Positions 50,181-62,800 of a DNA stretch of 64,000 bases are shown piece by piece; positions within the stretch are counted from its first letter, which is position 1; every line of letters starts with the position of its first letter. Both the position numbers and the translations under genes were made by a program. Source of the DNA: an uncultured Solirubrobacterales bacterium (GTDB lineage Bacteria; Actinomycetota; Thermoleophilia; Solirubrobacterales; Solirubrobacteraceae); the NCBI GenBank assembly GCA_963812595.1, contig CAWEVQ010000010.1, positions 101,050-165,049 of the forward strand, written 5' to 3'. The notes under the pieces are model-generated. The model did no database searches. It had not been told where the DNA came from and worked only from the letters and a program-made list of their open reading frames with translations.

Positions 50181-51609
50181 CCCCCAGACGCATCTACGTG
50201 AGCGTTCTGGGATGAGAATGCACACCTGGATGCGTTATTTGGCGGGCGCTTATCGAAGCGATGTCGTGCCGTTGGTATCGGCGACCGCGCGGCGGGGGGT
50301 GCTGGGGCGACCATGGTTGGCCTCAAGGCCGCCCCGGATGTGTCGCACGTAGGCGTTCACGTCGTCTTGGCGGTTGGCGTGCAGCTGCATCAGCATGAGC
50401 ATCCGGTTGGTGCGTTGGCGGTTCTTCAGCCCGTAGGCGCGCGGCCCAATCGCGGCGCGAATTGGGTTGGTGAACCCGTCGAGCGGCGAGGTCGACAGCG
50501 GCGTGTCGGCCGGGCGGCTGGAGCGCGGCCCGCGGCGCGTGAATTGGTCTTCGACGGTCTGGCCGGTGGTGTTCAGCCACTCGCTCACGCGCGGGATGCC
50601 GGCGGCGTCGCAGCGCTCTGTGAACGGCGTCCAGAACGACGGGCCGGTGAACGCCGCCTCGATATCGCCTAACAGCTCGTCGATCGCCTCCCGATGCTCG
50701 GGCTGCTCGGTGCGGAGCTTGCCCATCAGCCGCTCCAGCGCGTGGCGCAGATGCCACTCGCACAGGTACAGCTCGGCGCCGGGGAAGCACATGCCGACCG
50801 CGTTGGTGAGACCGGTGTCGTTGTCGCACACGACCCGTGGTGGGCCGCCCGGCAGCGCGGCCAGGAACGCCTCCCAGTCGGCCTGCGACTTGGTCGTGAA
50901 CGCCTCAAGGCGCCACAGCTTCGCTCGCCCCGCCTCATAGCCCATCGCCGCGAAGATCCGGAACGCGATCCGGTGGCGACCGGTGTTCGGGTCGCGTACC
51001 CGGAACGGCAGGTCGTCGAGCAGCAGCGAGCCGCTCGCTGGCCAGGACCGCGGCCGGTAAGGCTCGAACACGACCGGCGCGAACACCTCGACCCAGTCCA
51101 TCACCAGCGACCCGTGCCGCGAGAAGCGCAGCTCCCCAGTTTCCGGATCGGCGCGCAGCCGCTTCGCCCGCTCGCGCGCCACGAGCGCCGCGTCTCGATA
51201 CCTCGAGCCGCCACCGACCTGCACCAGCGCCTCCGCGATGCCCCGCGCAACGAACTGGTAGTAACGCGCGCCATGCGGCCCCTCGTGGAAGCCGACGTCG
51301 CGCTCGCAGGACTCACACGCGTCATGCCAAGACTCCTCGCGCGGTAGCGGCTCAATGAACCGGTGCGGCGGATCGCCGTTGGCGGGAAGGCAGCGATACC
51401 GCTGGCGGCGATGCCGATCCGGCCCGTAACGACCATCGAAGCGCACCCGTGAGCCAGCATGCTCCGGCCTCGGACAGGTCGCCTTGGCGCTGCTCCAGCT
51501 CTTGCCCAGCGTCGACATCTACCACGCCAAAATACGCCCCCATCCGGACGCCTAACGCATCCAGGTGTGCATTCTCATCCCAGAACACTCACGTAGATGC
51601 GTTTGGGGG
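50181..51609 (-). mobile_element. Insertion sequence (1429 bp) with 57-bp TIRs, Mutator/IS256-like
   Basis: TIRs 50181-50237 and 51553-51609 (2 mismatches); 8-bp TSD GCCTCGCC at 50173-50180 and 51610-51617. Confidence 0.9.
50250..51518 (-). CDS. Putative transposase (Mutator/IS256-like)
   Basis: Fills the TIR-bounded element; N-terminal Cys/His; LLLDD, VVCDND, CEWH (CxxH) motifs. Confidence 0.75.
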   Translation of the reverse strand: MSTLGKSWSSAKATCPRPEHAGSRVRFDGRYGPDRHRRQRYRCLPANGDPPHRFIEPLPREESWHDACESCERDVGFHEGPHGARYYQFVARGIAEALVQVGGGSRYRDAALVARERAKRLRADPETGELRFSRHGSLVMDWVEVFAPVVFEPYRPRSWPASGSLLLDDLPFRVRDPNTGRHRIAFRIFAAMGYEAGRAKLWRLEAFTTKSQADWEAFLAALPGGPPRVVCDNDTGLTNAVGMCFPGAELYLCEWHLRHALERLMGKLRTEQPEHREAIDELLGDIEAAFTGPSFWTPFTERCDAAGIPRVSEWLNTTGQTVEDQFTRRGPRSSRPADTPLSTSPLDGFTNPIRAAIGPRAYGLKNRQRTNRMLMLMQLHANRQDDVNAYVRHIRGGLEANHGRPSTPRRAVADTNGTTSLR

Positions 51610-51878
51610 GCCTCGCCTACCACCGGGCGGTCGCGCGGGGACTGCATAAGCCGATGGTGCAAGAGGCGCGACACGTACTGTTCCGGTGGCAGACGCAGGA
51701 ACGGATCGACCCGCGGTACGCCGAACGCTGGGAACAACTGCTCGACCGGCCCATCCCGGAGATCCGCCGAGCGCTGGTGGATGAGAGCCAAGAGGCCCAT
51801 GACCTGCGCCAGAACTCGCCATTTGCGGGGCTGCTCAGCGAGCCCGAACGCAGACGGATCCTGCGCGAGGTCGCATAG

Positions 51879-52436
51879 ATGGGTCCACAGGAGTTCGAGC
51901 ACGTCCTCGCGGCCGCCGCGGCGGCGACCGGCCAGGACGAGCTCGTCGTCGTCGGCAGCCAGGCGATCCTCGGCTCCTGCAGGCATCCTCCAGCATCGAT
52001 GCTGCAATCTCTGGAGGCAGACATATACCCGCTTTACAACCCCGACGCAGCCGACCTGATCGACGGCGCACTCGGGGATGGATCTCCCTTTCACCTCGCC
52101 TACGGCTACTACGCGCACGGTGTCGGGCCCGAGACCGCGAAGGCTCCGCGCGGCTGGCAGGAGCGCCTCATCATGCACGAGATCCCGCCGCGAGTGGCGT
52201 CGGAGCGCACCGCGGTCGCCTGGTGCTTGGAGGCACACGACCTCGTGCTCTCCAAGTGCGTCGCCGGCCGCGACCGCGACTGGGACTACACCACCGAGGC
52301 GCTCAACGCGGGGATCGTCCAAGCTGACGTGCTCTTCGCACGACTGCCAGACCTGCCGGTGGATGACCAGGCGCGTGACCACATCGAGAAGCTGCTGCAC
52401 GCCATTGCTCACCGACACGCGCAACGAGGACGGTGA
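51879..52436 (+). CDS. DUF6036-family nucleotidyltransferase
   Basis: VVVGSQAILG, SLEADI, GYYAHGV, DLVLSKCVAGRDRD. Confidence 0.7.
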   Translation: MGPQEFEHVLAAAAAATGQDELVVVGSQAILGSCRHPPASMLQSLEADIYPLYNPDAADLIDGALGDGSPFHLAYGYYAHGVGPETAKAPRGWQERLIMHEIPPRVASERTAVAWCLEAHDLVLSKCVAGRDRDWDYTTEALNAGIVQADVLFARLPDLPVDDQARDHIEKLLHAIAHRHAQRGR

Positions 52437-52529
52437 AGGCGGCTCGACCCGCCCAACCACCTCATCCAGCAGTGTCCCTTGCGCACCTCGTGGTCCTTTG
52501 TTATAGTAGCTATCAATTCGTAAGCTCAT

Positions 52530-55079
<2,550 letters not shown>

Positions 55080-55111
55080 GCGCCCCGGCCACCCGCGAGC
55101 CAACCACCGTC

Positions 55112-55432
55112 ATGCCCCCCGCCAGCTCCCGTAAGTGTCACCCCGTTCCCCTGGAGGTCCGCCGTACGGCGGACCTCCTGGAGCGGCGCTGGCAGCTCTC
55201 GATCATCTACGCCGCGCTGACGGGCGCGCTGCGCTTCAGCGAGTTCGCCGAGGCCGTGGGGGGCATCTCACCCCGGATGCTCTCCGAGCGGCTGCGGGAT
55301 CTGGAGGCCGCGGGGCTGGTGGAGCGCACGGTGATCCCCTCCAGCCCGCCGACCGTGGAGTATCGCCTCACCGCGCGGGGCAAGCGGCTCGCGCCGGTCG
55401 TGGAAGCGATGCGGGCTTACGCCGAGGGGTAG
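55112..55432 (+). CDS. HxlR-family winged-helix transcriptional regulator
   Basis: LRFSE...GISPRMLSERLRDLE...VEYRLT. Confidence 0.9.
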   Translation: MPPASSRKCHPVPLEVRRTADLLERRWQLSIIYAALTGALRFSEFAEAVGGISPRMLSERLRDLEAAGLVERTVIPSSPPTVEYRLTARGKRLAPVVEAMRAYAEG

Positions 55433-55488
55433 GGCCCGCGTGGTCGCGGGCCCTACGACGGCGGGAGGCGCTACTTCCTCCCGCCCTG
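55432..55488. terminator. Two hairpins between convergent genes (likely bidirectional terminator)
   Basis: GGGCCCGCG-TGGT-CGCGGGCCC and GGCGGGAGG...CCTCCCGCC. Confidence 0.55.
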
Positions 55489-58400
55489 CTACTTCCTCCC
55501 GCCCTTTTTGCGCTGCTTGCGCTTGGTCTTGTGGTGCTTCTTCTTGTGGGTTGCCTTCTTGTGCTTGGCGCAGCCGGTGACGGCGATCTTGGTGGTCTGC
55601 TTGAGCTCGGCGCCGTTCTGGGCGATGAATTCGGTTGGCATCGTGAGGCTCTTGGCGGTGCAGAGGTTCGCGAGTGCCGTGAGTGCGCTGTCGGGGCCCT
55701 CGGGGAGTGTCAGTTCGAAGCTCGAGAACGGCTGGTCGGGGACCGTCTTGAACGTCGTGCTGGTGATCCCTTTGCTGATCAGGGTGGTGCCGGTCAGGTC
55801 GATCGTGACGCCGTACCCTTGGAGTACGAGGACGAGGCTTGGCCATCCTTCGCCGCCGTGGGATACGAAGATCGCGGGACCCTGCAACGGGACCGGGATC
55901 AACGGGGTGTGCACGACCGCGTAGCCGATCTTCGACGCTGCGGGGCACGCCGCGGGGTTGGATTCGAACTGCGCCGCCGTACACGCTTTCTGCAGTGTGC
56001 TCAGGCGGCTGGGGAGCTGCTTGGGGAGTTCGACTTTGACCTTCGCGATGTCCGCGTCGGTGCCTTGGGGCACGCTGGGGTAGGTCAGCTTCGCGCTCAG
56101 GCTCGCGCCGCCCGTGCGGCTCGTCTTAGCGGATGTCGAGACGCTGAATTTCGGTTCGAACTTCAACGCGGCGCAGTTGGTGACCTGGAACGGCGTGGAG
56201 ATCGTGCTCGTGCCGCCTTCGCTCAACTGCAACGTGGCGGTGAGCGCCATCTTCGAGCAATTGGTCGGGTTGAACTGGAAGTTCCCGCGTGTGGTCGTGG
56301 CGTTGACGTGCTGGATTTCCAAGGGGATCCCTTCGATGCTCGTCGGAATCGAGTCCGGCGAACCGGGCGGGTCCGTGGTGATCGTGATCGCCGAAGTCAA
56401 CGGGTCCAGTTCGATCTTGCCCCGCACCACCACGCAATCGCACGCCGGATGGTTGTTCTGCGTGTTCGCGAGATCGAACGGGCCGGCCTTCGCGGGCACC
56501 TCGAACGTGATGCCGAACGGTGCGCATCCCGCTTCACCGACCCTGCAGCCGCCACTGCCGTTGTAGGGCCCGGTGAGATAGAACTTCCCGCCGGTGACCG
56601 TGAACGGCTGGTTGCCGACACCAACACCGATCGTCGCTTCGCCGACCAGGCTGTTGGGACCGCACAATCCTTCGTTGGCGCGCGGTTCGGGGCAAAGTTC
56701 GACGCCGGCCAGCACACCCGACAAGCCCGGCGGCAGGTGCGCTTCGATCGACTTCAGGTTCTGTTCGCCGTCTTTGCGGTTCATCGTCACCGTCAACGGG
56801 GAGAACGCACCCGCCTGGATGTTGGTGGCGCCCGCGTTCACAGTCGGGTCGAACGGCAGGCTGGCGCCGGGACACGGACCGCCACCGGGGCCGTGTTCGA
56901 TCTTGAACGACGATTCCGCGGTCACCGGCGCGTTGCCGTCCCACGGCGTGAACACCGCGGTCGTGGTGTACGTCCCGCAACGCGACGGGGTGGCCAATGG
57001 TGAGCGTTCGCCACCGAAGAAGTGCAGTTCGAGGTTTTCAAACGGCACGTCGGGGGTGTTCTTGAACGTCGTCACGATCTGCCCCGTCTGCGGGTTCAGC
57101 GACACTTCGCCCGCGAGCTTGACCAAGCTACCCGAAAAGGGATCTTCCGCGACGATATACATCGCTATCAAGCTCCCGAACGGGTTGTTGTCCTGCGCCG
57201 CCAGGTACACGGCGCCTTCCAGTTCGTGTTCGAGCAGCGGCGTCTTGATCTTCACGGTCCCGACCTTCGACCCATTCGGACAAAAGTTCGACCCCGGCGC
57301 CAGCAAACTCGCCAATTCCGGGGTGAACGTGTCCCACTTCACGCCCGGTTCGTATTCCTTGTTAAGTTCTTCCTGACCCTTGTAGCCGATCTGATCGCCG
57401 GGGCTCCCGAGCGCACCCGCTGTGAGCGCCGCCGGTTCGGAGGTGCACGCTTCAAGGCCATCGCTACCCGCCGGGTTGATCGCCACGCCCTTAGGCAGCG
57501 CCACCGTCGTGTCCCTGAGCGCCGACTCCGCCAAGCCGTTGGGGTTCAACGCGGCGTTCTGCGGGACGTGGACGTTTACCGTCAGCCCCGAGGACGTGCT
57601 CGCGTTGCTGCTGTCCGGCGCGACGCCGATTTCCGGCGGAAACTTGAGCTTCGAGCAGCCCGTCAGCGACACGGGTGTGCCCGCGGAGTTGCGCGTGACC
57701 GTGCTAGCCTTCGCCCACCGTCCCGGTTCCTGCCACGAGTCGGCTTCTATCGTCGAGCGCAGGGGGCCGTGGCAGCCAGTCGGCAGCGTCAGGAATGGCT
57801 TGCGGTTGGCCCCTTCGCCGACGACGCCGGAGACCGTTAGCGAGCTCCTGAAGACCGGCGCTGACGCCGGCGCAGCCGTCACCGTCGCCTGCACCGGGTA
57901 ATCTCCGCCCGCGGCCACGCCGTTGTCGATATACAACAAGGGCTGCTCGAAAGTGGTGCCGAGTTGCAACGCCACGCCGCGTGGTGGCACCATGCTGTAG
58001 ACCACATTTTGAAGGCCATAGTCATAACGAGGTTGTCCCGCTGACCAGGACAAGTGTAGCGTGCCGACTTTCGCACTCGGACAGAATGATTCTTCGCCAT
58101 AACCCAAGAACGACCTCAGCTCCTGTCCGGTGCACTTATTGGAGATCGCATTGGGGTCCCCGACGAAGCCGGGGGGCAGATCGACGGTGACATCCCGCAA
58201 GGTGCCGTCGGGCAGACGAATGTACGGTGAGTCAGCGTTCGATTCCATGCGCTTGAAGTGCGAGTTCAGCGTGAAAATGTCGACGAACCGGTACGGGTGC
58301 GAGCCCGCCTGCGTATCGGGTGTGCCGTTTTCGTTCAAGAAACTGATTTCATAGCTTTTGATGCCAAAGCCGACGCCTTGCGTGGGGAGCAGGCCGCTGG

Positions 58401-59853
58401 CCTCGCCTGCGCCGTTGGCGTTGGTCGCGTTGAGGCGATAGTGGTAGAGTTCGCCCGGACTGAGGCTTTCGAGCTGTGCGGAGACCGCCACCGGACCGCC
58501 TCCCGCTCCGATCTCGGTCGGCGTCTGCTTGCAGGGGACGCTGTAGTTGTAGGGCCCGTTGCCGAATTCGTCGGTGACGCCGTATTCGAACTCACACGAG
58601 CTGACGGCGACGCCGCGCGGATCGACGGTGCCGCTCAGGCTCGCGGCTTCCCCTGTCACGCCCGTCAATTCTCCGACCGTCACCTCCGGGGCGTCGCTGC
58701 CGAAGACGTAGACCCTGCCGTCGGCCGGGTTTGAGACGTAGATCTCGCCGCTCGCGCCGTCCACAGCGATCCCACCCTGGCCCGCGGAGCTCGAGAGCTG
58801 CAGTGAGCCAAAACTTGCGGCGAGCGTGCCAACGGCGGATGGTTCGTCGCTGCCATTCTGGTCCACCAAAACGCTGTTACGGTTCATTGCGCCAGTGTCC
58901 CACTCGGCCACGGAGGACTGATCGTCTGCGTAGAGGTGGCCTGTCGCGGGGTCGACGGCCACCGCGACATCGCCCGCTTCGCCGCTGTCCACACGGCCAA
59001 GCGCGGAGAGGTGCTGTCCCCACTTGACCGTACACGAGCACGACGGTCCGTAGATCTGGTAGTCATCGCCCGTGCTGGAGACGGCAAGGCCATCGGCCTG
59101 GGAGGGAAGCGGGGAGCCATTTTCGGGCACGCCGGTTTGACCGTTTACGTCTGCCCTTACCCATTCCTGGTGAGCGACGAGATAGTTCACAGCCGCGTCG
59201 TCGAATTCATCGATCAGCAGCTTGTTTGCCCCTAGCCGATTGTTTGCCACTACTGTGCTCAGGTCGACGTGCACGGTGCCGCTTGCGTCGACACCAAGCC
59301 CCAGCAGTTCGCCTACGGCAGAGCCGGTGGACGGCGTGAAGCCGCCGATCTGGCTCAAGTAGCTGCCTTCGGAGCTGAACTTGTCGATCACGCCGTGGCC
59401 CGCATCCATCACATACAAGTCGCCGGCGGAAGGGTCGAATTCTTCACAGGCCTTGCCGGTGAGCGTCGGGATGTGCTCTACGCAAGCGTTATCGACCGCG
59501 ATCGCCGCCGGAGTGCCGTACAGCGCGGGGAACGAGAACAATTCGGCCGGCGTGTCAGCTCCCTTGAGTGTGTTCCCCGGTCCTTCCTTGGAGCCCACGG
59601 GGAAGTTGAAGTTGACCGGGCTGCCGCTCGCATCGAACTTGTAGACGGAGTCCGTGCCGATGTCGGCCACGTAGACGTCGCCGGTCGCTTCGTCGACCGC
59701 GATCCCGTTGGGGTTGGAGAAGGCTTCTGTCGCATTATGGCCGAAGCTGATATTCAGGTATGGGTGTGCTTCACCGGCGAGCGCCGGGGATGCTGAGAAG
59801 GCGAGGGTGGCTAGGACGAGTGTGAATGCAAGTGTCAGAGGTTTCTTAACCAA
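55489..59853 (-). CDS. Module 3 gene B: 1454-aa secreted protein (true start may be the coupled ATG at 59897)
   Basis: Intact ORF; paralog of the module 1 and 2 B genes. Confidence 0.85.
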   Translation of the reverse strand: MVKKPLTLAFTLVLATLAFSASPALAGEAHPYLNISFGHNATEAFSNPNGIAVDEATGDVYVADIGTDSVYKFDASGSPVNFNFPVGSKEGPGNTLKGADTPAELFSFPALYGTPAAIAVDNACVEHIPTLTGKACEEFDPSAGDLYVMDAGHGVIDKFSSEGSYLSQIGGFTPSTGSAVGELLGLGVDASGTVHVDLSTVVANNRLGANKLLIDEFDDAAVNYLVAHQEWVRADVNGQTGVPENGSPLPSQADGLAVSSTGDDYQIYGPSCSCTVKWGQHLSALGRVDSGEAGDVAVAVDPATGHLYADDQSSVAEWDTGAMNRNSVLVDQNGSDEPSAVGTLAASFGSLQLSSSAGQGGIAVDGASGEIYVSNPADGRVYVFGSDAPEVTVGELTGVTGEAASLSGTVDPRGVAVSSCEFEYGVTDEFGNGPYNYSVPCKQTPTEIGAGGGPVAVSAQLESLSPGELYHYRLNATNANGAGEASGLLPTQGVGFGIKSYEISFLNENGTPDTQAGSHPYRFVDIFTLNSHFKRMESNADSPYIRLPDGTLRDVTVDLPPGFVGDPNAISNKCTGQELRSFLGYGEESFCPSAKVGTLHLSWSAGQPRYDYGLQNVVYSMVPPRGVALQLGTTFEQPLLYIDNGVAAGGDYPVQATVTAAPASAPVFRSSLTVSGVVGEGANRKPFLTLPTGCHGPLRSTIEADSWQEPGRWAKASTVTRNSAGTPVSLTGCSKLKFPPEIGVAPDSSNASTSSGLTVNVHVPQNAALNPNGLAESALRDTTVALPKGVAINPAGSDGLEACTSEPAALTAGALGSPGDQIGYKGQEELNKEYEPGVKWDTFTPELASLLAPGSNFCPNGSKVGTVKIKTPLLEHELEGAVYLAAQDNNPFGSLIAMYIVAEDPFSGSLVKLAGEVSLNPQTGQIVTTFKNTPDVPFENLELHFFGGERSPLATPSRCGTYTTTAVFTPWDGNAPVTAESSFKIEHGPGGGPCPGASLPFDPTVNAGATNIQAGAFSPLTVTMNRKDGEQNLKSIEAHLPPGLSGVLAGVELCPEPRANEGLCGPNSLVGEATIGVGVGNQPFTVTGGKFYLTGPYNGSGGCRVGEAGCAPFGITFEVPAKAGPFDLANTQNNHPACDCVVVRGKIELDPLTSAITITTDPPGSPDSIPTSIEGIPLEIQHVNATTTRGNFQFNPTNCSKMALTATLQLSEGGTSTISTPFQVTNCAALKFEPKFSVSTSAKTSRTGGASLSAKLTYPSVPQGTDADIAKVKVELPKQLPSRLSTLQKACTAAQFESNPAACPAASKIGYAVVHTPLIPVPLQGPAIFVSHGGEGWPSLVLVLQGYGVTIDLTGTTLISKGITSTTFKTVPDQPFSSFELTLPEGPDSALTALANLCTAKSLTMPTEFIAQNGAELKQTTKIAVTGCAKHKKATHKKKHHKTKRKQRKKGGRK

Positions 59854-59896
59854 GCTACGCCGAGAGGGGCTGGTTTTGTGGACTTGGTGGTTCTCA

Positions 59897-62800
59897 TTAC
59901 TTGCCCCTCCGGTCGTTGGTGGCTCTCTTTGCCTTTGTTTTCTTCTTCTTGGGTCTTTTGACGCACGTACCCTTCTTGTTCTTCACAAGGCCCTGCTTGC
60001 ATTTCACGGTCTTCTTTGTAACCTTCTTGACGACCTCCGGCGAAGGTGGGGTGAGGTTCCCGACGCCGGAGAACGTCTGGCTCGCAGGCGCGCCGAAGAC
60101 CGAGGGCTGCGGCGCGACCGGCGTGCGGCAGGCGTCGGCGGTCGTGCACGCCGGCGGGGAGGACGCTTCGGCGAAGCCTCCGTCGACGCGCGCATCGTAG
60201 ATGACGATCTGTCCTTCCTGGTCGTCCTGCGGCACGAGCGCCTGGTCGGACCTGAAGAACACGTCATTGCCGCTTTCACTCGCGCCCTCCAGGCTCGATT
60301 CATAAGCGCTCGTGCCGCTCGAGATCAGGTGCGCCCCGCCATCCTCATACTCGTAGACGTCGAGCCGGCCGTTCGTATCGGAGGGCACAAGCCCTTCAGT
60401 CGCTTGGAAGAACACCTGACCAGCATCCGTGAGCAGGCGGCGCCGAATCCGGGAGGCTTCTCCGGAGTGGAGTTCTCGGGACTCCCCGAACGGCGCCACG
60501 CCGCCTCCTTCGACCGCATGTTCGCCCGTGGGGTTGCACGAAGCGCAGACAAGCTGCCCCGAAGCGGCGCCGTACAGGAAGAGCTCACTGGCGTGTTCGT
60601 TGTTCGGCTCGACGTTGTCATAGCCGGTAAGGCTATTAGTCGATTCGAACGCGAGCCACTCGCCGTCGGGCGAGGTCTGTTCGATGCCATTCTGACCGTA
60701 GTCATTGGTGTTGACGATGGCGATGAACGCCGTCTTGCTGCCGTTCCACAGATACAGATTCTGCTGCCCGGCTTGCGCGCCTTCGACGACGGTCTTGCCT
60801 TCGCTGTTCGTGAACTCCCTCGTGTTGGAGGCCAGCACGCCCTTGGCGGTGAAGTAGACGTAGGAGCCGTCATGGCTGCCGAGCGGCGTGACGCTCAGCA
60901 CGTCGGCGTGTTCGCTCCCCGCAGCGACAGTGAGGTCGGTCAATTCGCATTTGCTCGCGCCTTCTCCCAGCGCGCACTCGTACAGGTCGGGTTCGCCCGG
61001 GGCCGCGGTCGAACGGGCCGTGAGCTTGCTTTCGTCGAGGAAGAAGACCTTCGAGCCGTCGGAGGTGGCGGCCTTGAGGGAGCCGCCACCGCTCGGGCCT
61101 GACCCACCCTGCTTTTCGTCGATCTGGACGGTGCGCTGCCCTTCGATGCGGTCGTAGAGGGCGCCGCCGTAGGTGAAGAGGACGTGCGAGCCGTCGCTTG
61201 AGACCACACCTTCGGCTTCGGGGTAAGCTTTTGCCGCCAGCGATCCGGGGACCGCTGTGCCGTCCGGCAGCACGCTAACCAGCCGCAGCGCGCCTTCGTC
61301 CCATTCATACAGGTTTTCGACGCCGTACTGCGCGCCCTCGGCCAGGGGAGAGGTCTCCGTGAAGATCACATGGCTGAGGTCCGCGGACGCCCCCTGGAAG
61401 TACACGTTAGCCGGCACCACGCCCGACGGCAGGGCGTTGACCAGCTGGTAAGTGCCGGTCGCGTTGTCGCGCACCAGCAGGTTTTCGTAGCCCACCGGTT
61501 CACCACCCACGACCTGACGACCTTCGGGGTTGCACGATTGCGGGTCTTCTGTGTGGTTGCCGTCTCCGGACTCGGAAGCGTTTGACCCTCCGCCAACTTG
61601 CACCACGCCTTTGGTCAATTGTTCCGAATAAGCGAACATGGCTTGGAATTCCGGGCACTCTATCCCGTCATAGGATTCGCTCGGCATGACATCTTCCGCG
61701 ACCCAGCCGCCAGCGCCACGCGTCGCCACGTATTCTTCGCCGGCGTTGGGCGCACCCGGCCGCGGTTCCCGGGCATAGAGCGAGATCGCTTCGCCATCCG
61801 CGGCGATCTTGCTGTCGTACGAAACCAATGGTTCGGCATCAAACTGGGACGAGCTCTTGACCGGCAGCGTCACGAGCTCATAGGCGCGGCAGTCGGGCAA
61901 CCTCGCTGAGAAGCCGCCGCGCATCTGTTCGTTGGGACACGCCGCCTGTTCGGCGGTCAGTGTGGTGAAGGTTTGATCGGGGCCATAGGCCGTTCCCAGT
62001 TCGTTGCTCGCCACCACACGGTAGTGGTAAGTGCTCCCGGGCGCGAGGCCGTTGGCGGACGCCCACACCGCGTGCGATTCCAGTCCTTCACCGACGCTTC
62101 CTTCCGGGAAAGGCGTCGAGCTGCCGTAGGCACCGGTGGGACCATATTCGAAGCGGTAGACCGTCGGGATGCCGCCGGGGTTCACGAGCGCTCCGAGCTT
62201 CGCTTCGGAAACGCCGACTTCGGTGGTGAGCTCCCTGTCGACCACAGGCGTGGTGGGAGGCTCGAACACCCAGATGGCTTCTCTTTGGCCGTCGGTCACG
62301 TATACACTTCCGCTCGCTTGATCCACCGCGACCATGCTGTAGGGGGGTTCCGATCCGAAAGAGCCGGCCCCTACATCGGCGCGCTGCCTGCCTTCCGCGC
62401 TGTACTCGATGAGATGGACGCAAGGCGGAGTCAGCAGGTTGCACGAGTCCGCGCCGTTATCGACGAGCGCGAACACGTCCCCATGTCCGTCGAGCGCCAC
62501 CGAGTACGCGCCTTCGCTCTTGATTTCAGCCACCTTCACGTCCGCCGGGCTGAGCTCCTCGATGCGGTCATCGCCGCGATCGGCGACCCACAAGTTCCCG
62601 GAGGAATCTACCGCGACACCAGTCGGTTCCTTCAGCGCACCGGCGCCGGAGCCCGTGAACGTCTTCAGCAACGTGCCGCTCGGGCTGTACTCCAGCACCT
62701 TGTTTTCCGGCACCACCGGCACGTACACGTTGCCGGCCGAGTCGGCTGCAATCTGCACGTCCGTGAAGATGCCACTGTAATTGCGTGACGCCGGCACTTC

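Larger units (their letters stand above)
49749..51878 (+). pseudogene. HTH antitoxin-like gene interrupted by an IS
   Basis: LGVSHTALDRWI HTH; removing the IS restores ARSLAYHRAVAR...LRQNSPFAGLL; abuts the DUF6036 gene. Confidence 0.75.
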
